Shown piece after piece: positions 1 through 12,406 of a stretch of DNA of 46,411 nt (position 1 is its first letter; every line of letters begins with the position of its first letter). Source of the stretch: Octopus bimaculoides (lineage: Eukaryota); contig NC_068981.1 in the NCBI RefSeq assembly GCF_001194135.2, forward strand, positions 109,623,170 through 109,669,580, written 5' to 3'. The notes beneath the pieces were generated by a model. That model was given only the letters and a program-made list of their open reading frames with translations, made no database searches and was not told where the DNA came from. Made by a program: the position numbers and the translations under genes.

Positions 1-116
1 AGTAAACTAGGAGAGATAACACAAGCCAGGTGTTTACCACAGGAAAGCACTCAATAATTGGCGGCTATCTGAAGTTGTTTAAAGAAGAAAATCAGGAAGC
101 TTTACTTCCGTCTTAG

Positions 117-118
<2 letters not shown>

Positions 119-148
<30 letters not shown>
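119..148. repeat. (AT)n microsatellite
   Basis: Pure AT run directly before a SINE head. Confidence 0.95.
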
Positions 149-150
<2 letters not shown>

Positions 151-468
151 CGCAGGAGTTACTGTGTGGAAAGAAGTTTGCGTAGCACCTTGGCCAAGTG
201 CCTTCTGCTATAGCCTCTGGCCGACCAAAGCCTAGTGAATGGATTTGGTAGACGGAAACTGAAAGAATGCCGTCGTGTATATGTAATATGTGTGTGTGTG
301 TGTGTGTATCCCACTATCGCTTGACAACTGGTGTTGGTGTGTTTACCTTAACAGTTTGGCATAGAATAAGTACCAAGCTTCAAACAAAGTACTGGGGTCG
401 ATTCATTTGTCAAAAAATTATTCAGGGCGTTTCTCCAGCATCACCACAGACTGAAACAAGTAAAAGTT
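149..468 (+). mobile_element. SINE family A copy (tRNA-like head, internal (TG)n)
   Basis: ggcgcaggag...accttggccaagtg...ggatttggtagacggaaactgaaaga...gaaacaagtaaaag is shared with the copies at 8236, 32543, 34607 and 45363. Confidence 0.8.
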
Positions 469-478
469 AAAAGATATA

Positions 479-1463
479 TTGTGTCATCCCATAAATAATG
501 CGGCTTTTTCAATTGCATGAACTAAAAGTTAGAGTGGGGACGGGATAGAGTACCAGCATCATCTTGCTATAAAAACAGGTAGTAATTTTACCTTATACTT
601 TTAGTGCAAGTTTTGAAGAGTGCAGTTCGATTTTAACTGTTATTTTTCAATGGAAGTGACAAAGAAGCATATTCGGCATATTTTGCTTTATGAGTTCAGT
701 AAAGGCAACAACATAAAGTAAAATGTGAGGAATATTAATGCAGTATATGGGGATCGGACAATAAGTGTAAGCCAGTGTCAACGGTGATTCCAGTAATTCT
801 GAACCGGAATCTACAGCCTGGAAGATGAGGCTCATCCTGGAAGATCTGTAGAGCTCAAAGAGGATGTCCTGCAAACCCTGATGGAACAAAATCCCATCAT
901 AACTGTTGAGGAACTAGCAGAGAAGCTTGGATTTGGTCATCCAACCATTCATCAACACCTGTGTGCCATTGAAAAAGTCAGCAAATTGGGTCATTGGGTT
1001 CCTCACAAACTTTCCAAGTCTAATTGTATGCAGAGAGTGAATGTATGCTCTCCTTTGCTGTCACGTTTCACCAATGAACCTTTTTTGGACTGAATAGTGA
1101 CTGATGACAAGAAATGGGTTCTCTATAAAAATGTCAAACGCCTAAGACAGTTGGTAGGGAAAGGAGAAACCCCGGCACCCCAGGCTAAAGAAAGTCTTCA
1201 TGCATGTAAGGTGTTATTTGTTTGGTGGGATATGAAAGGTTTAGTCCACTTTGAACTTTTAAACCCAAACCAAACGATAACAAAGGAGATCTACTGTGAG
1301 CAGCTTGAGTGCTAGAAGAAAAACGACCATCTTTGGTTTGAAGATGAAAGACAATCTTCCATCAGGATAATGCCCGGCCACATACAGTGAAGATGACATT
1401 TCAAAGGCTGTGCCTCACCCACCAGATTCGCCAGACATTGCCCCATCTGATTATCATTTATTC
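479..1463 (+). mobile_element. Mariner transposon (DD34D family), 3'-truncated, inactivated
   Basis: TA followed by a TIR (ttgtgtcatcccataaataatgc) like that of the copy at 29348. Motifs WVPHKL, VTDDKKW, HQDNARPH and PDIAPSDYHLF are broken by stops and frameshifts. Confidence 0.93.
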
Positions 1464-1533
1464 TTTGAAATGAATAAATGTCTCTCTTGGGAAAGTCTGA
1501 CATGTACCCTGTACATATACACATGCATATATA

Positions 1534-2720
1534 CAGTGGGGGGAAATAAATATTCGTACTTGTCAAAATTATTTATTTAATTTGCATAAACTAAGAATAT
1601 GCAAAAGAAACTAATAAATTATAGTAACTAAGGAATTTATATTCAATTATAAATATTTAGGGGTGAAAAAAGTATTTGTACAGAACATAAATAACCGATA
1701 ATTCTGATTTAATACTTCGTAGCATAGCCATTATTCAGTTCCACTTCAACCAATATCTTCTAGTTGTTCTTAATCAATGACTCGCATCTATCTTTAGGAA
1801 TTTTTTCCCATTCTTCTTGACAAATTTTCTTCAAATCTGGAATGCATGTTGGGGCTATTGAATGAATTTTAATTTTCAAATAACGCCACAAATTTTCAAT
1901 GAGGTTCAAGTCAGGTGACTGGCTTGGCCATTCTAATAATTTTATATTGTGATCGACAATCCATTTTTTGGTAGACTTCGCCGTGTGCTTAGGGTCATTA
2001 TCTTGTTGTAAAACCTGCCTTTCACAAAGCTGGAGCTTTTCTACAGAGTCCCATAAATTATTGTTCAAAATATTTTAGTACAACTCTGCATTCATTCTAT
2101 CATCTATCACATGTAAATTGCCAGTGCCATTTGCAGAGAAACACCCCCACACAAGGATGTTGCTACCTCCAAACTTTACGGTAGGAATTGTGTTTTTCGG
2201 CGAATAGGTGGTACCATCTTTCCTCCAAACATGGCTATGCGAATTTCATCCAAACAATTCAATTTTCAACTCGTCTGTCCATAGAACATTTTCCCAGAAT
2301 GTATCAGATTTATCTTTATGTTCATAAACAAATTTTAAGCGGTCATCTCTATGCCTTTTAGTCAACAGCAGAGTTTTTCTAGAAGAGCATGACTTCAGTT
2401 CATTCCTATGAAGTTCATTGCTGATTGTTCATAGTGTAACACTAGTTCCTGAAGATCTAGGGGAAATCTTGCATGGTGCACCAGATCTTATTCTGTTTTC
2501 AACAGTTCCCAATTTTTTATATCTTTGAATAAATAAAGATATGGCAGAAAATGGAATACAGTGTCTCTGATATTTTCCTGTAACTTTTACCTGCTTTCCA
2601 CTGTTCAATAATAAGTTTTTCACTGAATTTGTGAGTTCTTTACTTTTTTGCCATTATTATGACACTACTTTATGTTGTCTCAGTGCTGAATGAAAAAGCT
2701 AGCATTTTGACACTTAAAAG
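1534..2720 (-). mobile_element. Tc1-like transposon (DD34E), degraded; only one TIR seen
   Basis: TA-cagtggggggaaataaatattcgtac end at 1534. Minus-strand motifs [19 protein letters not shown] and QQDNDPKHT...WPSQSPDLNLIENLW. The 2720 boundary is approximate. Confidence 0.9.
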
Positions 2721-3121
2721 ATACAAGTTACCCATTTTATCCACATGTATTAAAATTCCTTCTTTTTTCTTAAGCTCCTTCATTAGGGAGTTTAGTTTCT
2801 GGATTTTTTGCGTGGAATCAACTACCCTGGCCTCCTAATACGCTACAAAACTCTTTTTGTGGTCCGAGAAATGAGGGTGGGTGTGGTGTTGCCTCGGAAA
2901 TTTTACCCATTTATATTGTGTAATTCACCGACAAATTGTCACCTACCTCTTTGTTTCTTTGTTATTAAATAAATGGATTCTGAACAAAACACTTCTTTCC
3001 ACAGCGAAAAATAAAAACAAAACTCTTTTGCACCCAAAGTAATATGTGTGTGAGAGAGGATGAACGATTTAAAATAAATATATTTTAATTGATATAACCT
3101 CCAGCCATGGGGAAATAGCAG

Positions 3122-3700
3122 AATACCATTCAAGTCTTTAATCTTTTATATAGATTTATAGGCATAGGCATGGCTGCATGATTAAAAAGTTCCCTTTGGA
3201 ATCAAATGGTTCATTCTTACTATATGGGCACTGTTGGCTGCAAGGAGTCCAATGCCTTGTTAGTGAAACTGGTAGATGGAAACTTAAGAAGCCCAACATT
3301 TGTGGGCTTCTTCACATATTCACACAAGTCTGTACATTTCTGTATTCTAGTATTGACATTGCATATATTTAAGAGATAAGAAATAATGTACATAATTCCT
3401 TTATTTCTTATCTCTTAAATATATGCAATGTCAATACTAGAATACAGAAATGTACAGACTTGTGTGAATATGTGAAGAAGCCCACAAATGTTGGGCTTCT
3501 TAAGTTTCCATCTACCAGTTTCACTAACAAGGCATTGGACTGGACTCCTTGCAGCTATATTATATGACACCAGCCAACAGTGCCCATATAGTAAGAATGA
3601 ACCATTTGATTCCAAAAGGAACTTTTTAATCATGCAGCCATGCCTATGCCTATAAATCTATATAAAAGATTGAAGACTTGACAGCCTAGTGAATGGTATT
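3122..3700. repeat. Long near-perfect inverted repeat (arms about 3131-3386 and 3401-3680, 14-nt spacer)
   Basis: The right arm is the reverse complement of the left, apart from two substitutions that I noticed and insertions of 5 and 19 nt. It explains the mirror ORFs 3178-3372(+) and 3415-3633(-). Confidence 0.95.
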
Positions 3701-3839
3701 TTATTGCCCATTGGAGATTGGCATATATTGTTGAGGAGAAACTGAAAACTACATAAAATTGGTTATAGCAGTTTTATGTTTTGAAAGGATTTATCAACTA
3801 ATCCATTTGTTTAATATCTGTTCTTTGTTTTGTTTCCAG

Positions 3840-3962
3840 GATGATGATCGTAGGCAGTTTACATTAAGTACCTTTGGTTTTCTCAAAGGAGGAACTCTTA
3901 CAGTAAATGTAACAAAATTCTCTTTCATTAAAGAAAGTAGTCACAAGCTTGATGAATCATCT
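3840..3962 (+). CDS. GPR107: GPR107 exon (DDDRRQFTLSTFGFLKGGTLTVNV...DESS), phase 0/0
   Basis: ttccag acceptor and gtaagt donor; 123 nt; resembles the N-terminal TFGF region of GPR107. Confidence 0.92.
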
Positions 3963-4199
3963 GTAAGTAAATAATCTGTCATTGACATTTTTTTTAACTA
4001 TGGCAGTTATATCTAATTTCTAAACTAAATAAACAGTAGTTAGTGATAGAAAGGGTAACCATCTTCATTTGTATATAAATTTCTAAATTGCGAAAAATGT
4101 CATATCTTGTCTGTTCAAGATTGAAAGTGTATTATCTGACATAAAAGTGTCAAGATGTTATTTGAATATGTTCAGAATATTACCAATCTTTATTTTACT

Positions 4200-5300
4200 G
4201 TTCTAAACTTTGTAGCCTAAAGAGATTACTACTTATGTAGAATATAATATTGTTGTCACTATCACAGATGCAAAATGGAGTTTTTAGCATTGCCATGAAA
4301 AACTGCCTGAAAAGTTCAGGTGCAACAACACATCTTTGCTTGCTACTGTTGGAGACAAGTGTCCACAGAGCAGACATTGTTCCACATGGAGGGAGCTGAT
4401 GAATGTAATTGTTCCATCATGGAGGGAGCTGATGAATGTAATAATTTCACTTGATATATCCAACTCAGAGAATACTATCCAAAGCACCACTCTAGAGGAA
4501 GAATCAAATACTTAGTTCATATCAACAAACACTACATGTAGGTCCTTCTTGCGTTTCTTGATTTTTACCCTGGATCTGACAGACTAAAAATCACGTCTAT
4601 ATATCATATTGCCTCTGTAGGTTGGCAGTGTCCACAAGATAAGTATTGATTCCTTGAAGGTTGGGATGTACCAAGATTTACAATCAAAGGAGACTTAAGA
4701 TACTTTCTTGTACATTTATATGAAGAAAGCATCATTAAATCATTGTATGATAATATTCACTATGTCACTGTAACTCTGTGAGATGTATTGCTACAATCCT
4801 GATCCAGTGCATTTCAGCCAAGAGTCTGTACTGTCATCATTCTTTGATGATAGCTTGCACATATTTGTTTTAGGGCTAATGTCTGATGTCATAAATTGAC
4901 AGCTGTAATGTTAACAGATGGTCTATGTTCTTGCAATAGAGTTTTCTCATATCAAGACTCCAGGAGACTCTCTGAAGTTCATGGCTATTAAAAATGCTCC
5001 TTGCATGTGAACAGAGTTGCTACATGCAATTCAGTCCTTATGAGAACTGTACAATTTAGAGTACACTCATTATAGAAGGATTATTGTCAGTGAACCAGTT
5101 ACAAAGATTGCAATATTGAAACCTGGTAATCCCAATGTGTGTATAAAGCACGCCTCTCCGGTGAGATTTCATACACATTCACAGTCATCTTCAATTTAAA
5201 GTCTGAAGTCTGATTCTTAGATTTCTTATAACTCTCTAATATTAAAGTTACCATGGAGTAAAAATTTGAAAGATAGACCAACAGTTGGAGTAGAAATACT
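4200..5300 (-). mobile_element. Highly degraded non-LTR retrotransposon RT remnant
   Basis: The minus strand near 4510-4570 reads KKDLHVVFVDMN*VFDS, an RT motif. Boundaries are approximate. Confidence 0.5.
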
Positions 5301-5633
5301 CCTTGTTAACTATTAAGTTATTGACTGTGAATGCATAGCTAGTAATAAAAATGACATACAAGTTCATAGTTTAAAAACAATGAGACATTAGGTAAACATT
5401 CCACTTGAGAGGAAGGAATTCTAGGTTCTTTGTAATGTTGCTCCTTAAGTTAAAGCTAACACCACAAAAGCATTCAGTTCACAGGTATGAGGCAGTCTCA
5501 TCTTTGTGCGAAACCATATCTATGGAGGTATCACTAAATAGTTGAATAGTTAGTTCACATATCTTGTAATTGGACTAACTACAAATGCATGGTCATAGAG
5601 ATGTGAGTGTGCAAATTGTTTAATATAATATAT

Positions 5634-5848
5634 GCCAGTACTGCCTGACTAGCCCTTGTGCTGGTGGCATGTAAAAGCACCCACTACACTCTCGGAGTGG
5701 TTGGCATTAGGAATGGCATCCAGCTGTAGAAACTATGTCAGATCAGATTGGAGCCTGGTGCAGCCATCTGGTTCACCAGTCCTCAGTTAAATCATCCAAC
5801 CCATGCTAGCATGGAAAGCAGACGTTAAATGATGATGATGATGATGAT
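5634..5848 (+). mobile_element. Short repeat family B (shares its 3' tail with the RTE LINE; ends in (GAT)n)
   Basis: aagcacccactacactctcggagtggttggcattagg...catccagctgtagaaac...aacccatgctagcatgg...gacgttaaatgatgatgat is also seen at about 27430-27597, 34320-34495, 44590-44745 and 44880-45064. Confidence 0.8.
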
Positions 5849-5902
5849 TTAGTATACATATATTTTGCTATTGAATTATTTCATTTTTGCTTTGGTTTAC
5901 AG

Positions 5903-5953
5903 TTTGGATTTACACTTGACAAAAGTGGGAATACTGGAATGTCTACATATTTG
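5903..5953 (+). CDS. GPR107: GPR107 exon (FGFTLDKSGNTGMSTYL), phase 0/0
   Basis: ttacag acceptor and gtatgt donor; 51 nt; resembles GFSLD...SSYL. Confidence 0.9.
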
Positions 5954-7763
5954 GTATGTACTTTTTCTTATGAGATATATAGTATTCAGAATAATAATCT
6001 CAATTTGATTTTTCTTTTATTGAATATTTCAGCTTATAAATTTGTGTTAGCAAGAAAATCAGTTGTTGTTAAGCAGATAATTTGATATTTAAATTAATGT
6101 CATGGTAGTCTGAGAGTCTGTACCTGTAAAAAAAATTTCTATTTTATTACAATTATGTTTTTTCAAGGATTCTAGTATTGTAAACTGAACTGGAAATTGT
6201 TATAAAGGTAATTCCTGTAATTTCTCATACTTAATACTAAAAGGTTCCATATAAAAAAATTAATAAGAATTTATTTTCAAATTTTTTTTTTATATATATA
6301 TTTACCTAAACTATGTTAGCAAAATGGAACTATTTTGGTGAAGTCCAGATGGTTTATTTTATATATTTTTTTATATCTGTGTATACACATGTAATACAGT
6401 TAACATGTCCTTTGCATTCATCAGCAGGTATAGCTGGCATGAAACTCCAAAGGAGTCTTTGTGGGCTAAAAAGAATTGCCATTGTTTGCCACTGGTTAGT
6501 GATCAACCTGAAATAAAAGGAATATATTATACTTTGGGCCTTGTATCATCATTAGCAGTGGTTGCTTTGTCATTGTCTCCCCTCAATGTTCATTTGAATT
6601 AAATGTCTATCCTATATACTTCAGATATATTTCACTCTAACTAATTATTAATCCCTCTCTATTCTCATTGTCATGCTACTTCTTCACATTACTTTACAAT
6701 GTACTTAAATATTCATTCGCATCAAGTACCTGTTTTTATCTATTGACTTTTTTTTACTTGTTCCATATATCAAGCTTACATTGCACATCCAGTAAATCAT
6801 ATATTTGTACCACAGTAGACCTTTCCTTTAACTGTTGGTCAGTTTACACATCCTTGAGTTCACAAGTGTCAGGGAGTCTCAATGAAAGAATTAACAAATA
6901 GTTGAATGATTGTAGCTGTGTTTTTGTTGTTAATTACACAGCATGCAGATATTTCATGACACTAATGTTTGACTCATGTACCATATCCCCTCATATACAA
7001 AGGGAATCCTTTCTTAAATATAATTATTATTGTGCTTTGTTTAGCACAATAGTAACTATGCAGTCTATAACTAATAAGGTCATACATATAAGAATGCTGA
7101 CTGAAGCAGTGTTTATTCAGCCTTATTAGGATGCCATAATATACTTCCATTTCTCAGGTGCTTGTAATTAATACCAAAACTATACTTATATCCAGTCTTG
7201 TTTTACTGTTCTCCAGCTTCATAAGAAGTTTTCATCAAGTTGAGCTGCTTGACAACTGACTAGATTCATAGGTTTGAATCTTGCTAAAGTTGTCTTGTAT
7301 TTGTAAATGTAGATTCTTTCATTTGACTGAGTTTACGTTTTAGAAAAGGACATGCTATCACAAAGAAAAACTTCATGTTTTTACTTGTCACAACTTCTAT
7401 TATTTTGATAATGTTTTACAGAAATATTTCATTTCAACAGAAAGTAAAAGGTAACTTTTGCTGTATTGTACAAATAAGTGTAGTTTAGAGTGTATGGTAA
7501 CTGTGATACCAAAGATATTGCTGCATAAATATTTTAGTTCTATAGCTTCTACTTTTGAAGGAGATTTCTTCTTCTCTAATACTAATTATCTTGATTTTAG
7601 CATTGTAAAGAGCTGTAAATTCTTCACTGTCAAATTTGATCTTTTTCCATAATTTTACTTATAGTATTGTATTTATTTTTGGTTAATATAACTTGATATT
7701 CAAGATTGTATTGTTTACTAATTGATCATATCTTAAGTATAATTTCTTTTTTCTTCGTGGCAG

Positions 7764-7861
7764 GAAAGCATGCAGGAAAAGTGTATCCTGTCCAAAAAGG
7801 ATTCTGATGATACTGATTCTGTCTCATTAATATTTTTCCGTATGAATTTTAAGGATGAAGT
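7764..7861 (+). CDS. GPR107: GPR107 exon (ESMQEKCILSKK...FRMNFKDE), phase 0/2
   Basis: ggcag acceptor and gtaagt donor; 98 nt; CIL motif; phase fits the next exon. Confidence 0.87.
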
Positions 7862-7912
7862 GTAAGTGCTCATCTTAAGATTTCACTGCTTATTTTCATT
7901 GCACATGTCTAA

Positions 7913-8086
7913 CCCTTTAGAATTTAAATTGGCCAGATTTGGCCTTTCACACCTACCCTACAATGCCATTCTAAGAAAAAACTATCACATGACTGAAATC
8001 TCGAAGCAACAAGATAATGCATGACATTCAAAACAATGTGATTAAATAAGCATTATATTTGACAAAGTAATCTGAATGCTAAAGAG
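7913..8086 (-). mobile_element. piggyBac-type MITE (degenerate TTAA ends), inverted relative to the copy at 8795
   Basis: Ends are ctaa-ccctttag ... ctaaagag-ttaa; the reverse complement aligns with 8795-9000. Confidence 0.75.
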
Positions 8087-8235
8087 TTAAATGTTGGCTT
8101 TTATATTTAAATCAGTGTACCTCAAGTAAGATTTTATGCCAGTATACTTGAGTAATGTCTAACTGCTATTACTCTGCCTGTTTAATAAGTACTAATATGA
8201 AATGAGAAATTGATTTCTGATTAAATAAAGATATA

Positions 8236-8605
8236 GGTGCAGGTGTGGCTCTGGTAAGAAGCTTGCTTCCCACTCATACAGTTTTGGGTTTAGTCCCACT
8301 ATATGGCACCTTGAGCAAGTCACTTCAAACTATAGCCCTGGGCCAACCAAAGCCTTGTGAGTGGATTTGTTAGACAGGTACTGAAAGAAATGTGTGTGTG
8401 TGTGTGTGTGTATTTATCATTCACTACTACCTGACAACCAGTGTTAATTTGTTTATGTCCTCATAACTTAGTGGTTCAGCTAAGAATAGACTAATAGAAT
8501 AAGAAATTAGCATAAAATTAAGTGCTGGGATTGATTTGTTCAATTCAGCCCTTTAAGGCATTGCCTCTGTATGGCCTCAGTCAAGTGACTAAAACAAGCA
8601 AAAGA
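8236..8605 (+). mobile_element. SINE family A copy
   Basis: ggtgcaggtgtggctctggtaagaagcttgcttccc...ggcaccttgagcaagt...(TG)n...gactaaaacaagcaaaaga. Confidence 0.82.
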
Positions 8606-8794
8606 TAAAAGCTATGTTTGTAGTGTTCAGTAGATGTATGCAGTGTTGTATGGTCCAGAGAAATGGTTCATTGTTTTTCAATGGTACTTAATGTAGAAGT
8701 AAACATAAATGAATTGCTTGTTATTATATAAAAAAAAATCTTTTCATGGATTCTTATTTTGAATGTTTGTAATTCCAAGGTTAGTATACTTTAA

Positions 8795-9000
8795 CCCTTT
8801 AGCACTCAGATTTCCCTGTCAAATGTAATGCTTATTTATTCACATTGATTTGAATTAGTCATGTATTACCTTGTAGCTTTGAGGTTTTGATGAGGTAGCT
8901 GTTAATTTTTAGAACTATATTGTAGGGTAAATGTGAGAGACCAGATCTGGCCAGTTTGAAGGTTATTTTGGCTGGATATGGCCAGCGTAATTCTAAAGGG
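8795..9000 (+). mobile_element. piggyBac-type MITE with TTAA target-site duplication
   Basis: TTAA-ccctttag ... ctaaaggg-TTAA; 206 bp; non-coding. Strand is only relative to the other copy. Confidence 0.82.
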
Positions 9001-9662
9001 TTAAAATAGTAGTTCTCAAAGCTGTAGTATATGATGTACTGTAAGGGATGTTTAGGTGTGTTAAGGCTTTAGAAAATCCATACTAATGATTGAACAGCTT
9101 GTTATTCCTGAATTTGTTATGTGCAAGTGTGATTAATAAAATAAGATAAGCAATTTTGTTCTATATTATTTACTAAGTTTTAGACTTTCCATGCTAAATG
9201 TTAGTAATTGTTTATTTACTCTTCATTACACCATAAAATCATAAAGATTAACAACTACTGATTTAAAGTTATTGATCTTTAAGGAAAACCATACAAATAG
9301 TAAATGCTAGATATATTGAGGTGACCTCATTTTTAGATTTTGTTGAAACTTACCTTCAGTCAACATGTTGTTTCAGTATTTTCACTGATAATATAACATA
9401 TGTTTAGTTTCTTTATTGATTCAATATTTGAATTACAAAGAAGTTTTCTTACATCAGCATTTTTTTAGTTTATACTTTTCTAAAATATTCACTGAAATCT
9501 TTGGAATTTTTCCCCCTCAAATTGTCTCTCAAGAGGCAGAGTTGGGAATCCTAAAGCTCAGCATGTTATTTGAATAGCCTATTTTTTAGAATCCTGTTAA
9601 TAATAAAAAGATACTAATATATTATAGTCTATTTCATTGTTCATTATTTCACTTTGTTAAAA

Positions 9663-9880
9663 CAGTGAGCTGGCGGAGTCATTAGTACAATCGGTTCAAA
9701 TGCTTAACAACATTTCTTCTGGCTCTTTACATTATGACTTCAAATGCTGCTAAAGTCAACTTTGTGTTTCATTCTTTTAGACTTGATAAAATAAGCACTA
9801 TTCAAGTACTGGAAGTTAATGTAATCGACTACCCACTCCCCTTAAAATTGCTAACTTTGTGTCAGAATTTGAAACAATTG
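9663..9880 (+). mobile_element. SINE family C copy (tRNA-like head)
   Basis: gtgagctggcggagtcattagtac...gataaaataagcact...gtaatcgact...cagaatttgaaacaat; a reverse copy lies at about 21734-21870. Confidence 0.65.
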
Positions 9881-9929
9881 TTTCACTTTGTTTTAAATAC
9901 ATCTTTATGTATCTATTTCTTTTTTTCAG

Positions 9930-10314
9930 TTTGCACGTGGACCGGAAAGGGAAAGATTTAAGTCGTTTAATGATATCTACTCTGGATAAAAAGACTTTCA
10001 TCTCTCGGCATAAACTATTTCGACGTGATTCTGATGACCAGGTGAAAAAACATGTGGCAAGTGACAGTTTCTTGTTGCCCAGATTTCAAAGGGCTGCCTT
10101 GAAGCCTGAAGCAAATAATTCTTTGCCCTTAAATAATTCCTTGGTCAATACTACAGTAAAAGAACTCTCAAAGCCTGTTTCAAATTCAACTTCAACCAAT
10201 AACACTCTTCCTTCAGCTAGTAAAGAACACAAAATATCTACAGCAGGACCCACTGATGGAATAGTGCAAGATGTTATTAAGCTAAAGAAAGTCAATGGAT
10301 ATTATACAGCTTAT
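9930..10314 (+). CDS. GPR107: GPR107 exon, Ser/Thr/Asn-rich luminal linker (LHVDRKGKDL...NGYYTAY), phase 2/0
   Basis: ttttttcag acceptor and gtaagg donor; 385 nt; lies inside ORF 9859-10362; phases fit both neighbours. Confidence 0.87.
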
Positions 10315-10862
10315 GTAAGGTTTAATTTTCTTCTGTTTTGTCCTGCTTTCGTTCTAACATAATAAACTTTAATGCATTTATTTGATATATTCTATATGCC
10401 AAACATTTCTGCTAATATCATTTTATGCAACTTGAAATTTTGTTGTGTTGTTTGAATTATTACTGGAAATGAAATTATTAAAAATTTAAATTGTAGGCTG
10501 AGTTCCTCTAAATTCTAGTTTGTGTTTGATAATGTACTGAAATTGTCAGAGAAAATCTACACAGATAAGTGGTTTTGAAAAGCGGTCTGTACTGTATCAA
10601 TAACTAAAATATCAATATTTTCAGAATTTTAAGATACATTAACAATCATATTAAATAGCAAAGTTTTGAGTCATGTTTGGTTGTACTGAGTCCCCATATT
10701 AAAAATATTGACTTATGTGGACTTGCTAATTAAGACAGCTATGATTTTAGATTTATATTGGACTGATCTACAATTTTTTATGCCAAAACTTGGGCTATAT
10801 TGAAAAACTTTTTTTGCATATCATTGATATTAATATTTTGAAGTTATTGTTTTTAAATTCAG

Positions 10863-10964
10863 TTCCTTGTTTCTGTAAAGAAAGATAATGAAGAGGGCCT
10901 GTACAATTTGTTCTTTCACAACTGTATTAATTACAAGGGAGCAAATTCAGCTGTTAATTTATCT
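10863..10964 (+). CDS. GPR107: GPR107 exon (FLVSVKKDNEEGLYNLFFHNC...NLS), phase 0/0
   Basis: ttcag acceptor and gtaagt donor; 102 nt; EGLYNLFFHNC motif. Confidence 0.92.
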
Positions 10965-11489
10965 GTAAGTGTAATTTATATTCCTATGTATTTGAGTAAT
11001 ATTTAATAAACTGGCTTTTTCTCAGCACCAAAACCTTTTTTAATGTGTTGCTAGCATGAAATGAAAAACTGCTTTTTGATTAGAAATTAAGTGATATGTC
11101 TGTAGTGTTGAATATATGTATGTAGTGTTCAGTGGTTCAATGTGCTTCAGAAAGTCATATAGAAGTAAAATAATTGTTTGTATTATGATGAAAAAAAAAA
11201 TTTTACCTATGGAGATCTATCTAGTTGTATCAAATGAGGAGAGGTAGGATTTCATTTTATCTGAAGTTTTATGACAATGTAAAAAAAATTCTTGTTGTTA
11301 TTTTTTATTATTGTTCACTCAGAGATCAGCCTGAATGAATAGAGCTATGATCAAAGATATGACACCTCCAGTCTTGTCTCATGCATTGTGTGTCTAAGAC
11401 AACATTGTCCTAAGATGTAGTTGAGGAACAATATATTAAAAACTGACAATAGCACACAAATCTTCTAATTATGAGAAGAACGAAGTGTT

Positions 11490-11925
11490 GAAATGTTATT
11501 ACAAGAGGCTGCTGAATGTGGAAAATGTGTGGATGGGAAAAGGAACTACACCATGTATGCCCAACAAAAGGGACCAGCTATTGAAGTTGACAGTTATATG
11601 GTCAAAATAGTCGTTAAAGATATGAAGAGAAATGCAGCTGGTCTATCAGGAAGATTAAGGTACTGAAAATATCTTGTGAAGTAAGGCTCAAACTAGCCAC
11701 TTGCATAATCAACCAGAAAATACAAAGAGTTGTCATACCCAATGCCTGGTATAGCAGTATAGCCATCAGCTGTTACAATGGCAAAGGATATATTCTGGAA
11801 TAAAAGCAACTACAGAGATATCAAACCAGGTTATGAAAGTGATGGAGAGAGTATCAGCATAATTAATTAGGAAGTGAACCAGCTTAGATGAGGCACAGTT
11901 TGGATTTGTAACAAGGTATTCCTAA
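11490..11925 (+). mobile_element. RTE LINE RT fragment
   Basis: Degenerate VIPNAWYSSIAISCYNGKG and SNYRDIK, homologous to the 25990-26110 region. Confidence 0.65.
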
Positions 11926-12272
11926 AACTTGTTGGTTTCCATTCTTTATTGTTTTTGTCAAATATTTGCTCAAAGCTGCAACAAATACAGTTAGATAAAA
12001 ATTTAGAATTTTCTTATGGTTTCATTCCTAATTCAGAAGTTTGAATTGAAAATGTCTTGACTTGTCATGCTTTATTAAATGAAAAAGAGCAGATAATAGA
12101 AAAAGTGTTGTACGGTGCACAATTAACTAGAAACTGATGAGTTCAGTAATTTAATGTTGTGATTAAAATTAAACGTTTTGAAGCCAGAATGGAATAAATA
12201 CTTAGTGTTTTTTTAAACTTGTTTCATTTTTATAACACTTCAATATTTTGATTATTTTTCATTATTTTTCAG

Positions 12273-12406
12273 TTAATTCTTGTAGAAGATAACAATGGAA
12301 ATTATCTTTCTGCTGGTGATATGCCTTTACCAATGCTTAATTTTGTTTGTAGCTTTGCATTTTTCTTGACTGGATGTGCCTGGCTTTTTGTGCTCCAACG
12401 CTCAAG
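12273..12406 (+). CDS. GPR107: GPR107 exon (NYLSAGDMPLP, TM1), phase 0/2
   Basis: ttttcag acceptor and gtaaga donor; 134 nt; YLSAG-x-x-PLP motif. Confidence 0.93.

Noticed and set aside
3178-3633. Two nearly identical ORFs on opposite strands (MIKKF...AYI)
   Set aside because: They are mirror images produced by the inverted repeat, with no splice context or protein similarity.
1-3839. GPR107 first exon (signal peptide)
   Set aside because: No ATG-initiated hydrophobic leader ending in a phase-0 donor was found, so the exon probably lies upstream of the window. The ACTTCCG (ETS-like) motif near 104-110 is too short to call a promoter.
4380-4442. Short direct repeat (catggagggagctgatgaatgtaat twice) as a regulatory or CRISPR-like repeat
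   Set aside because: There are only two adjacent units inside a decayed LINE remnant in a eukaryotic intron; this is an ordinary slippage duplication.
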